From assembly GCA_951406725.2 (NCBI GenBank), contig OX597814.1, forward strand, positions 128,712,001 through 128,776,000: DNA of 64,000 bases. The letters run 5' to 3'. Below are positions 23,023 through 36,232 of this stretch, in pieces (positions within the stretch are counted from its first letter, which is position 1; each line of letters begins with the position of its first letter). Under the pieces are notes generated by a model that did no database searches, was not told the DNA's origin, and was given only the letters and a program-made list of their open reading frames with translations. The position numbers and the translations under genes are program-made. This stretch comes from Octopus vulgaris. Its lineage: Eukaryota.

Positions 23023-24437
23023 AAAGAATGTTACAAGTACCTAGGCATAGAGTAACCCGAGAATATTACACCAGACTTAGGAAACTATAGCAGTCGGAAC
23101 TCTCCTCTTACAACAAAACAATATCCCACAATGCATTTGCAGTACCAGTGCTGATTCCAACATTTGGGGTACTTGATTGGTCTGTAGAGGAAATCCACTC
23201 TATAGATATCTAAACCCGCAAAATCCTGACAACAGCTACGAACTTCCAGAGAAACAGTGATGTTGACAAGCTCTACCTAAGATGAAATGAAAGTAGTAGA
23301 GGCCTAAGATCAGTGCAGACGACCTTCGAATTCTGAATGGTATCATTCAGCCAGCACCTGCTAAACAACAGTAGCAAAAATAAATATATAATGCTGTGCC
23401 GAAAAGTGAAGTGAGCAACATTGTACGAAGCACTCTCTTCCTCATGATCTCCTATACAGCCCCCAAAACAGCTGGGCTCTCTTACCTCAGAGAATACCTG
23501 GATGGAAAACACTCGGCATACAAAAGAAAAAAAAAAGACTATGCATGGGTATGTTGCCCGGAACCTTGAAGAAGACAGTAGAATCGACACGAAGTGCAGC
23601 CTCTCTTGAATACAAGATCGCTACTATATCACATTACACTTTGAAGGCTATGCGTTTGCAATCCAGGAACAGGAGATTGCCACAAAGTACCTGGTGAACA
23701 AGAGAGACCGTGACGCTCTTGTAATTCCAAGGTGCAACCGCATGTGTAGGCTATGTCATGTTTCTGTGGAAGTTATCACGCATGTGATTAGCAGTTGTCC
23801 TAAAATGTCATTACGGTACTACCTCCCTATGCGGCACGATGTTGTTGGTAAAACAATTTACAATGCCATCCGCAAAAAGACTGTCCTGAAATAAACTTTG
23901 AAAATCCCCCTGTTACAGAATACATCCATAAACACCAACTCAAGGAATACTGGTGGAATATTCCCATCAAAACTTCTGTCAAATGTAAACATAACAGGCC
24001 GAATTTTGTTGTTTGGGACAGAGGGGCAAAGATATGTACCATCATAGAGGCCATCTGCCCAGCAGATATAAATATCTCTTTGAAAATCAAAGAAAAAGAG
24101 GATGTCTATGGACAACTGCTTCGAAACCTCCAGCATCTATATCCAGACTATGAATTCATATTCATACCAATCATAATTGTAGCACTAGGTTTTGTTAGTA
24201 AATGATTAAAGCTGAATCTGGATAAATTGGGATTTTCAGAAAGAGAAATCGACCGGCTAATTCGTACATTACAAGTGCAATCTGTGAGTGGAACAGTAAA
24301 AATATGCCAGACTTTTCTCAAGTTCCAAATGTGAATTTGTCTGTGTTAACTACATCCCAAAGTTGAGGCCTTGTATCTTTGTTGGAAACCGGCTCCCACC
24401 TCAGTGGAAGATTTATAATAATTAAAAAATAGAAGAG
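23023..24437 (+). mobile_element. R4/Dong-clade LINE, 5'-truncated and degenerate, in (CATA)n
   Basis: YKYLG; AIQEQEIAT; CRLC...THVISSC..RHD zinc finger; KHNRPN.VVW RLE; (CATA)n at both junctions. Confidence 0.9.
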
Positions 24438-24472
24438 ACATACATACATACATACATACATACATACATACA

Positions 24473-24503
<31 letters not shown>

Positions 24504-24770
24504 GTGTATACACATGCACACTGACGTACACATATGCGCACAGACAAACAAACAGAAAGAACGCAGCTCAGATAAAGGACAAAATCAACAATTATGGAAG
24601 AAGTTGCAAAAAGCAACGAAAATTTAAGAAAAATAAATAAGTAAATGAGTGGAAATGGAACCGATGAGTGTGTTAATTAATAAGTCATTAAAAAAGAATG
24701 ACTCTCTCCAGACAATAATTGTGTGTGAGTGTGTGTGTGTATACATACACACATATATGCATGTGTATAA

Positions 24771-24855
<85 letters not shown>

Positions 24856-27712
24856 TGTATGTATAGATATTTATAGACATTTGTATACATATATTTATAT
24901 ACATATATGTACACTTTTGCATTTTTCTGTCGTTCTATCTATCCATCTATCTACCTACCTACCTACCTACCTACCTACCTACCGTCCTTTCTTCCTTTCC
25001 ATTTTAACTGCAACCGGTTAAGAAAAAATATTGGAATTAAGAATTTAAATGCATTATTCATGAATTTAACAGAGATAATGGCCTTAGTTTTTATTGAAAC
25101 AACTGTATATTGTTTGTATATGGTGTTTTTTCGTTGTAATAGTTAACATTTGGTTATTGCCGTTGAATGAATTTTCTATAAACGGCGTATATTATCCAAA
25201 CTAGAAACTAAAAACAAAATCTATTTCTGGCTCCGCTTAGTAGTATATTCTGTCTCCCGGTTTCCTTCACAAACCACAAATAAAAATTATGAATCACAGT
25301 TATTACTTTACAGTATTGAACCGCTTGTTTTATACAGTAGGTTATAATGATAAAGTTAGTGTCATACCATTGTTTCATTGTATTTGATCGATATCAAGAA
25401 GACGAAAAAAAACATCAATTATAGCTCGTAGCAGGACGTTAGGCTGAAAAATTACTTAACTGTTTATCCTCGAATAGTTCAAATGTGTATAGCAAAATAT
25501 ACAGAAGTGAGTAATCTTCTACTCATTGCTTTTAGAGTTATGTACTTCGCTAGCAGAGCTCTGAGAATCTAGGATATATTTTAGCAGATGTTGCATTTTC
25601 TCATACAACTCATATCAGAAAAATTCTGGATTGTCATGAGATAAACAGTATTACAGAGAAGTAAGACATGTGTTGTGTATTTAAAATTAAAGTATCGTTT
25701 AGTTTTTAGCTCTGATCTGACATTGTACGTCGTTCACAGACAAATCCCAAAATATAACAGTCATCGTGCAAATTCTTGTAGTCAGGAAGTCACCAATTCG
25801 TTACGAAAACATGATAGTCGGTCGTCAAATATATATAGAATCAATGTATATCAATACATCGGAGAAATGATTGAAGAAAGAGAACAAAATTAATTATTAA
25901 AGTGGCCATTTATTAAGATGATTATTGTGTTAGTCGACACAATATAGAAAACAACTTTTTATAGCTGAAGTTATTTGCAGATCTCCAGTCCATTCTCAAT
26001 GATAGCTAGTAGTTTGTTTCATTTCTGTGATAGATAAAGTAACAGTTGCATTGTCCTGCTCATGACAAGACATACCCGAGGAAGATAGCCATGCTATTGG
26101 TAAGCACCGAATTACAAAAGAAGTAGAAAGCTATTTATCTTGTGTATTTATAGTCTTCGAAACTAAATGAGGTCAAGCTAAAATATAAAGGGGTTTCTCC
26201 TCTATATCAGGACTCGAAAAGGTATAAAAAGTCAACCCATTAATTTCTAAGTGCAAAAAGTGAGAAAGCTTGGCCGAGGACTTGTTTGAAACTATGGATT
26301 CGATTTTGGATCCTAGCTTTGGAAGTTATAAACCTGTCCGCTACAGGTTTATAACAGATTATCTACATATGTTATATAAAATTTTAAATAGGTGAGTAAT
26401 ACATAACAAACGTTCTTTGAGGCATTTATCAAATTATCATAGAGTGATGGATAGCAGAACTAATAAAACACCAGAGTACATGTTTTGATTACAACCCTTT
26501 ACATTCTGAGTTCTCACTCCAGCAGGTTGACCAAGCCTTACATCCTTCCGAGATCAACTTTGCCTTTCATCTACGGCTGAAACAACAAAGTATCAGTGTT
26601 GTACTAGGTCAATGCTCTCTACTACTTACCCTCAAAACTGTTGGCATTGAACCTGATTCAGAAGCGATTATTTGGACGTGACGTGGTAAGTAAACTAAGT
26701 TTCACGAACCGGTTTCGATTTTTTTTAACACAGCTATAGGTCAATGGACAATTCATGAACACCATTTAAAGCATAAATGTCAAATAACTTTCAAAGTGAT
26801 TCTGTGATAATTTCTTCTCTTATAATTCTATTAACATTTAGGATGCATGAAAAGAATAAGTGTCATCAGGACATGGTAGATTATTTATTTTATCAACATG
26901 AGAAGGATGAAAGGAAAGTTTGTATCTGCCGGCTTTGAACTCGGAACGTAAAGGGCCGTAACTACATTGCACAAGCATTTTCCACCGATGCCCTAACAAT
27001 TCTGCTAATTGCCACAATGAAATTCGGTTATTTTTTGATCAGTAAGTATAAGTAGACTAGAGAGTAGAGCGCCAAACTTAATACATTGAGGGACTTCGTT
27101 TTCCATCGACCAGGTCCCATAACATTTGTTTTTAATTTAGGTATGTGGCTTGCAGTTTTAAAAATGGGCTTAGTCAATTACATCGACTCCGTTACTTTAT
27201 TTTGTCGACTCTGGGGGCGATAAACGGCAAAAAATGACCTCGGAGGGATTCGAACTCCGTTTTACGTAATAAACACCAGTTACAGATTAAGTTGACTGCG
27301 TACTTTTAAAAACGAGTCCTATGGATAATAAAACAGATATGATATCAATAGACAAAACAAGAAAAAAATTCATGTGGTTTTCAACAAGGGTTACAGCACG
27401 TAAATTCATTCCGGTGATGTTTTAACAAATTGAAATTAACCCAAGGAAAAATCGTTACATGTGAACAAGTAAATTCAATCGACTGCACGGAATCACTCAC
27501 CACTCCATAAATAGATCCTATATCGAAACCTTACTCATTAGTGTTATAGAAAATAGCGATGAATAAGGTTTCAATATCAGAACAGGCTATAAAATTACCT
27601 TTTTTTTGTGTGCGTATGAAATGGATTTTTCTCGTGTTATGTAAAGTGGAAAAAGCGTTTTGGTGTACGTTTATGCGCCGTAACCTCCTACTGAAAAGAG
27701 CACGTATCCACG

Positions 27713-27775
<63 letters not shown>

Positions 27776-27794
27776 AAGTATATATGTATATGTA

Positions 27795-27839
<45 letters not shown>

Positions 27840-27873
27840 TATGTATATGTATATATGTATATATGTATATGCA

Positions 27874-27927
<54 letters not shown>

Positions 27928-29363
27928 GGTATATATATACGCATATATATATATATAAAACCGAAATCAATATTTTTCGTTCTCTTAAAAGGAATCCAAT
28001 ATTAAATTGATCAATAGAGATCAATATTTTTCTTTTTCGCTTTACTGAAATTCTGACTTTATGTTTATGTTTTTTTTCCCCCAATCTGATTTGACAGTTC
28101 CCACGGCAGTTTCATTGAACGTATGGCTACCTCGCTTAAATTACAAATTCTTTAATAAATTTAGTATTCTTGGGATTTTAATTTGGAATGGGATGGGGAA
28201 AAAAACGAAAATAAATGATACATTTATTTAGCTGTACGCCTTGTCGATTAAACATGTCTTAATAGTGCCATTGATTTTAAAATGTCTTGCACATGAGCTA
28301 ATAATGTGAAACTGTAAATCACCTTTCCTGAAAATATTACACTTGTGTATTCTGGTCTTTTACTTTTTGGAGCTAACTCTGATTTTCTCACATTCTTATT
28401 TCATTTTTTTTTAATATCTTTATATTATTCTATCCGACACATTTTGATTTGTAGCAATGGGTGTATGAAATATAAAGCTGTTAAGTATTTTTCGATTTGA
28501 GTTAAAACTGAAGCCAAGACAGAATATAAATGGTTGGAGAAAATAATAATAAAAACACGCCAAAATCAGTTGAGTTTGTTACTACTTAATGCAAATGGCG
28601 ACAACTAAAGAACTAATGGCGGCCGGAAGTCTGGATATTATTCTAACTAAGCAGTTTCAGATCTTGATGTTGCTGAGTCGGTAATAATAATTTCTTACAT
28701 AAGAACAAGACTTCGAAATTCGAAGGAGATATGTAGATGATCATATTAACCTAGTACATGTCAGTTGTTACTTTATCGATCCCATAATGATGAAGTCAAA
28801 ATCTACATTAGCGGGATTTGAGGCCTGAACATAATTGTATGGGTAATGACTGTTTCCAACATAGGCACAAGGGTGGAAATTTTGAGGTTAATCGATATTT
28901 TATCGATCTTGGACTGATGGAAGACAAAGTGTATGCTGATAGGATTTGAACTGGTAAAAATGAGCCGTAACTGATTTGGTAATAATTGTAGCTATTACTG
29001 GCACAAGGCCAGAAATTCTGGAGGAAGTAGGGTTAGTCGATTACATTAACGCCAGTATTGAAATGGTACCGCCAATGGTAGCTCTAGATGAATTGGTAAT
29101 AATGGAAATGAAAAGGTCAGTGAAGCGGAACATGAATTAAGGAATAGTTTCTAGACACCTGAAATATTTTGATCTAAAGCAATAAATAAAACAAAATATA
29201 ACGTAAGAAATTAAATTTTGTTGTAGCTAAGCAAGGTTCAGCCACTATAAATATAAGTCTTGATGTATATGATATATGTAAACGTACGTTGTATATATAC
29301 AAACATGTTAAATTTGTACATTATTTACAATTGACGGATATTTGTCCTCATCTTTGTCCCCAA

Positions 29364-29409
29364 GACACCTGATGAAGGCTGGAGGGTATATCAGCCGAAA
29401 CGTTGTGTT
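29364..29409 (+). ncRNA. Type I hammerhead ribozyme inside an inverted repeat
   Basis: GACAC-CUGAUGA-AGGCUG..CAGCC-GAAA-CG-UU-GUGUU; 40 bp inverted arms 29315-29354 / 29420-29459. Confidence 0.85.
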
Positions 29410-29631
29410 AATAACAAACAAGATGAGGACAAATATCCGTCAACTGTAAATAATGTGCATAATTCCTCATCACTTAAATTTAGAAATATTAACTTTGCCT
29501 ATTTCTCTGTAGTTTAAAAACAATGACGAACAGCCGTAATCTATTTTCAACATTTATCGAGGTTTCGTCTGAATGTGTACATCACTTGACCAATCCCAGA
29601 GAAACGAGTAGCCAATCTATCTATCTCTCCT

Positions 29632-29707
<76 letters not shown>

Positions 29708-30652
29708 TTTATTAAAAAGCATGTTAAAAAGCGTGAAACTGAATAAGAGTTTTTGAGATATTTTTGCTGCTTTTTAATAAAGCATATTACTCTACATCTG
29801 GTATTCGAGTACTATTTTCCCCACCTTGTCTCGCATTTATGTGCTTACTCTGGTATCACTTCATACACGCCAGCTCAATTTGATTCGTTCTCAGTCGAAA
29901 GACACTTGTTGTTATTTCTTGTTTGTATTCGTAATTGTGTTCTCTATAAATAAAATTTATGTTTAGTTGTATGTTGATGTTGACATATAAATAAAATAAA
30001 TTAACCAAGTAAAAAACGAGACTATTCTCATCATACGTCAACATACATCCAAACATATTCTAAATTTTTAATGTGAAGTTAGAAACTTAATTTTAAGAGT
30101 AACGTCGATTTTAAGAATAATAGTGCAATCAATAGATAATATTATAATTATAAAAAATTAGATTTTTACTTATTCAATAATATTTTAAAACTTATCGGAT
30201 TAGTAATTTGGTGTCTTGTTTGCCTATCTGTATGTTGATGGTGGCATACATATAAAATAAATTAACCACGTAAAAAAACTAGACTATTCCCATCATACAT
30301 CTGTTTCCGGCTTCTCCTGGCTTTTTATTAATTACTTCTCGTACACGGTAAATATATATAAAATAGCAAATATATTTTAAGAATTTTTAAATGTTAATGA
30401 ATTATCTCGCCTACACTGGATCTCTCAAGGTTGGATTATACATTGTTCTCCAGGAAGCCATGATTGATTCGCAAAATAGAGAGTTTTCAAAAGGATAAGT
30501 TAATATTTCTATTTCTTATTTTTCTTCCTATTTTTTCTTCCTCATTATTGTTCTTTATTTAGTAATGAGTAAGTATTTCGACGATTTCTAGTTGTATAAT
30601 TTTGATTGTCATGTCTTTATATAGGATGTAAATAGTTAGTTTTATATAATCC

Positions 30653-30748
30653 AGACCTGAAGATTGGCAGTATAGTCAGATTGATATGGTATTGAATTTT
30701 TATTTCAGCAATACCGATAGATTTATTGTCATGAAACGCGCGTTGTCT
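30653..30748 (+). ncRNA. Type I hammerhead ribozyme with long stem II
   Basis: AGAC-CUGAAGA-UUGGCAGUA...UAUUGUCAU-GAAA-CGCGCG-UU-GUCU. Confidence 0.78.
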
Positions 30749-30941
30749 ATATAATTTGATATATGACTGAGACTAGTAATTGTAGATATTAATTTGATAA
30801 AATTTAATCTTATATATCTCTATCATAGATAATGTCGTTCAATGTTGTTTGAGTTGCTTAAACCTATATATATGTATATAATACAGCGAGAAATTCATTT
30901 CAGTACCACCAATAACTTCCCTAATATAAATAAATGAATGA

Positions 30942-31023
<82 letters not shown>

Positions 31024-31044
31024 TGTACACGTACACACACACGG

Positions 31045-31201
31045 CGGGCTTTTTTCAGTTTCCGCCTAACAAATCCACTCACAAGGCTTTGGTCGACCCA
31101 AGGCTATAGTAGAAGATACTATAGAAGATACTAAAATACCATGCAGTGAAACTGAACTCGGAGCCATGTTGTTGGGAAACTAGCTTCTAACCACACAGCC
31201 A
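31045..31201 (-). mobile_element. SINE family A, 5' half
   Basis: Similar to 2540-2690. Confidence 0.75.
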
Positions 31202-32373
31202 TATATATAATTAGTAGCTCCAGAGGACTGTAGCAACAAATTTGTACACTATGTGTTTAACATTATATTTAATATCAGAGGCCTGTGAACATGCGGTTCA
31301 CATAGTCTGTAATAAGATCGACGTTTTATAATCTAGTGAGTAACGTTACTTCTGTCTACTATGAGTATTACGGAGCAAGAATGAAGGACTCAGTGAAGTA
31401 GTTTCGGTTCTTGATTGAAAGCATTTAACGTGTTTATGCATGAACGTCTTTGAGAAAAATGCAAATGTTCCAAGACCACATCACTCTTTTCTATATATTT
31501 GTTACCATCACTAATTCCACACTTTCTAAAAATAAATAAATTGAATTTTAAGTTGCACTCAAGCCACAACCATTGAGTAAAAAACATAGCTATTTCCAGA
31601 AATAAATAAAAAACAATATTAAATTGTACTCAAATTTTCCTTAACTAACAAATTACTGTTAAAATAATGTTTGGGTCTAATGATAATTAGTCGTAACAGA
31701 TCTGCTAATTAGAGCTAACCTGTGGCTAAAGAACATCCTCCTATTATAGCCAGCCAAGTAGGAAGTCTATTCGACCGCTCAACCTACAAGAAGTGGCAGT
31801 CAAATCTCCCTCAGAAACGCATATCCAACCACATAAAAGATGTAGTCAACATAATATAAAAAGGATTTGAGGGCAAGATTTGAAACCCTATCCTTACACT
31901 GCAGCGGAGTTGGGTGGGGGTGAGAAGCGGCAGAGGAAGTACGAGTGGAGGGACGATATGCTGAGGGTGACATCTTTTGGGTTTGCTTTATAAGCCTGTA
32001 TGGTGGTTGGCGGGAAACTAAAAGGTCGCTCTGGGCGGCACATACTCTAGCTACGCTATAGCTTACCTCATAGGTATGCTGGCCATAGGTTTAAATGATG
32101 CTAACAACAATCACATCAGACACTTGCTCCTCCCCAACTACCCAAAGCTGTCTATTATAAAAATAAGAGACGACCAGAGTGAAAGCTGTAATTATATGCG
32201 TTCGTTTCCGTTGAAATTTTAGCCCCAAATTTCTTTTCATTGATATTAAATACATCAACATATGTTACATATGTATATATTCTTAAGCTGCATGACACCT
32301 TTCCGTAACCTCTTTCGGGTCTCTTTCTGCCAGCTTCGTACACATTTGCACACATATACATACCCACATTTGT

Positions 32374-32785
32374 TTGTATGTATGTATGTATGTATGTATG
32401 TATGTATGTATGTATGTATGTATGTATGTATGTATGTATGTATGTATGTATGTATGTATGTATGTATGTGTGTGTGTGTGTGTGTGTATGTGTGTGTGTA
32501 TGTGTGTGTGTATGTGTGTGTGTATGTATGTATGTATGTATGTGTGTATGTATGTGTGTATGTATGTGTATGTATGTGTGTGTGTATGTATGTGTGTATG
32601 TATGTACGTACGTACGTATGTATGTACGTACGTATGTATGTATGTACGTACGTACGTACGTACGTATGTATGTACGTACGTATGTATGCACGTATGTACG
32701 TACGTATGTATGTACGTACGTATGTACGCATGTATGTACGCATGTAGGTACGTATATACGTACGTATGTATGTACGTATGTATAT
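32374..32785. repeat. Compound microsatellite (TATG)n/(TG)n/(TACG)n
   Basis: Read directly. Confidence 0.95.
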
Positions 32786-33379
32786 GTCGGTGTCTGTATG
32801 TGAATACACACACTGAAGGCAGAGATCTGAGAAGGCCATTTTACTAATGCTGAATATTTTTTAGCCATTGTTGTCCGTTTATGCTTTATTTCTTCCACTG
32901 AAATCTACTTTGATTCATGAAATTAAATATTTGGGCGAATAATCTAAGGTTGTATACAACAAAACCTGTTTTTCTTTAACTCCGGATGTTAATAAAACAG
33001 ATGCATGTAAATATTATTCTGCCAATTGATACAATATAGAATGTTATTCGATATAACTTTCTATGACATATGGAATATTACGTTTCCAAAGGAGTTTCTG
33101 GAAAACTTCATAAATCAGTAAAACCAAAGAAAAAATTTCATAACAAATAAAAAAGGAGAACTTCTCAAACAACATTACAATGAATTTTGTCCAGTGAAAA
33201 TGAGTACTTGTTCCCATATTGCGAGTAACAACAGCTGCTGAAAGTAAAATTATACAAAATCTCTGGGGTTGTGGAGAACAGTGATAAATAAAGTTAATAT
33301 AAAATCATTTGCAGATACAAAAATACACGCAGTTCACGATTATAAATGATTTTGATAAAAATCGATTTACATAATATAA

Positions 33380-33590
33380 GTTCCAAATTTTGGCACAAAA
33401 CTAGCAATTTCTGAAGAGGGACTGAGTCAATTAAATCGACCTCAGTGCTCAACTGGTATTTATTTTAACGACCCCGAAAAGATGAAAAGTAAAGTCGACC
33501 CCAATGGAATTTGAGCATAGAACGTACAGACGGACGAAATGCCGCTAAGCATTTTGCTCGGCGTGCTAACGATTCTGCTAGCTCACTGCA
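33380..33590 (-). mobile_element. SINE family B, alternative-tail subfamily
   Basis: Shares head and central domain with other B copies. Confidence 0.8.
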
Positions 33591-34724
33591 TTTCGGTTTA
33601 TAGTGTTTACTATAAAATATCTTTAGTTTTAAACGAAGTCTGGCTGCATTGATTGAAGATTTCACTTTCAATGGAGCGGTAAATTCTAAAATGCATTGAA
33701 CATTTTTTTTCTAAATCGAACGAAGCAAACAATAAATTATATAATAAGGTATTAGTTTCTGGGCATTATTGACTTTTTGTGGTTTAAAATTTTTTTTCGC
33801 TTCCTTTTAGTTTAATTGTTGGAAATATGGAAAAATTGCTGTTGGTTTTAATGACTCTTTTGTTTCATCAGTTAAACTATATTTTGTCCTGATTTTATTC
33901 GTGATTTTGCTGCTGAATTTAATGACTCATGCCAAACTTTGAATCATCAGTTGAAATTTTGAAGCTAAAAGCAATTCACAAAATGGAATTCCTACAAGCC
34001 ACAGTAACGAAACTTAAAAGAAAATATACAATGGTATATGCGAATGTGATTATTTAAATCATATATGCTAACAACCAGTCTTCTTTTCGACACGAAGCCA
34101 CGAAGTTACCTAGTCATATATAGGATCTGAAAGCCAACTGTATACTACAATCATTAAGTGGAGCAGTGTGGTACGACCCACGTAATACGTTAATGATTCA
34201 AGGTGGTGCAGGCTTTGTTTAGCCAAAAGAACTCAGACCTACGATCTGAAACTTTTATTAAACGTAAAAACCTGGATAAATATCTTTTACTGAACTGGAA
34301 AACACCACCATGCTCGGATTAAGCAAGCAATCTCACAAACTTTAACCATCTCTCAGTTGAATTAATTTATAATAATTCTGATCCGAACGGGCTGAACTGA
34401 TGCAACTCCTAATTTCCCTTTCGTTATTTTCATTTCACGTTTTCGTTCTTTTACCTTCCTTTCTACTTTACTCGCGTTTTCTCAAAGACCAGTGTCTTTT
34501 TTCGCCTTTAAAAAAAAAAAAAATAAAAAAGGCCGACCATTTTCTATAGTCGAATCTGAAAGATTGCCTGGAAATACACGGCACGTCATAGAAACTTGTC
34601 AGACCATCGTGTTTTGACAGCATAATACTAATAGTTGTCCGAATTTAAATCCTGTGTACATTAAATTACACACACACACAAAAACCCACATACACACGCA
34701 AATACACACACACACACATACACG

Positions 34725-34755
<31 letters not shown>

Positions 34756-34766
34756 ACGCACACACG

Positions 34767-34861
<95 letters not shown>

Positions 34862-34920
34862 CCACACGTGAATTGTTGGCGATTTTCTTCCTCCGTCTTC
34901 CTTCTATTGGTCTTTCCTCT

Positions 34921-34956
34921 GTTTCCGAAGAAGAGCGTCTGCTCGAAACGTTAAAC
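34921..34956 (+). ncRNA. Minimal type I hammerhead, CCGAAGA core variant
   Basis: GUUU-CCGAAGA-AGAGC(GUCU)GCUC-GAAA-CG-UU-AAAC. Confidence 0.7.
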
Positions 34957-35049
34957 TATCCTTCTTTCCTTCCCTGAGCGTCTGCTAATACATTACATGT
35001 ACCACATACTCGCGTTGTTGTGCTTTTTGTGATGGTTCTTATTTGGATT

Positions 35050-35109
<60 letters not shown>

Positions 35110-35114
<5 letters not shown>

Positions 35115-35323
35115 GAAATGAAGAAAATGCTGACAAATAATTGAAGTAATTTAAGTAATTTAATTAGGTGAAAGTTCTTTTTACCGGTTGCGCATTTGTT
35201 ATGCTTATCAAAATAAGCATTTTGATAAGCATAACAAATGCGCAACCGGTAAAAAGAACTTTCACCTAATTAAATTACTTAAATTACTTCAATTATTTGT
35301 CAGCATTTTCTTCATTTCCTTTT
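35110..35323. repeat. Perfect palindrome, 105 bp arms and 4 nt loop
   Basis: 35110-35214 is the reverse complement of 35219-35323; loop aagc; next to (TA)n. Confidence 0.95.
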
Positions 35324-35360
35324 TTATATATCACCACTCGTGTTCGACATCTCCTTTTTT

Positions 35361-35410
<50 letters not shown>

Positions 35411-35568
35411 AAAAAATAAGTTCAAAAAAGAACAATTCAAACTTTTACAACTTGCTTGTAAATATCCAATTTTTCCCTATTACACCTTTTGTATTCTCCC
35501 TTATTATATCTTATTTTACTTTACTTTATTTTATTGAACCTTTTTTGATGTCCTTTCAAAAATTCTTC

Positions 35569-35664
35569 ACACTGATGAAAATGACAATGCATAAATTTAA
35601 TTATAATGACTATGATTATAATTTTTCTTACATATTTGTGTTGTACTTTGAAACGCGTGTATGT
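35569..35664 (+). ncRNA. Type I hammerhead with long AT-rich stem II
   Basis: ACA-CUGAUGA-AAAUGACAAUGC...GUGUUGUACUUU-GAAA-CGCGUG-UA-UGU. Confidence 0.7.
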
Positions 35665-35751
35665 AATGAATCCAAATTTGCATTAAATCTAATTTTGATG
35701 CAACATCTTTTACTCTTTCATTTTGATATAATTGTTTATGGTATATTTATC

Positions 35752-35816
<65 letters not shown>

Positions 35817-35899
35817 AGGAATCATATATCCGAAGAATCACACTCTAAAAGTTAGAGCAGTAATGTATTTACATAAAGTTAAATATTTATCCTGTCATA

Positions 35900-35959
35900 G
35901 AGTGACTAATGGTTTCACATTAATAAACCGCTTAGCCTTATAGACAACTCACCAGACTC
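35900..35959 (-). ncRNA. Type I hammerhead, degenerate (CUGGUGA core)
   Basis: Minus strand GAGU-CUGGUGA-...-GAAA-CCAUUAG-UC-ACUC; inverted homolog of 36174-36232. Confidence 0.6.
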
Positions 35960-36173
35960 CAATGACCGCAAACATATAACCTCTTTTGAAACCGGAAGAA
36001 GAAAACCATTACAGACAGTTAATTTGTAAATAAAAGAACATTATATAGTGTCTGAGCCTTAAACGGGACGGGCTGTCACCCTTAGATCGGTCCGGTCAAC
36101 AAAGTTTTATGATCATAATCGACAAACGGTTTTCTATTCCAGTTTAAATAGAGGTTATATCTGCGATCATTGG

Positions 36174-36232
36174 AACCTGATGAGTCGTCTATAAGGCTAA
36201 GCGCTTTATGGATACGAAATCATTGGTTAGTT
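36174..36232 (+). ncRNA. Type I hammerhead, degenerate
   Basis: AAC-CUGAUGA-GUCGUCUAUAAGG..CUUUAUGGAUAC-GAAA-UCAUUGGUUA-GUU. Confidence 0.6.

Noticed and set aside
31890-32060. Possible hAT MITE ending ctagctacgcta
   Set aside because: The left TIR is too degenerate and no TSD was found.
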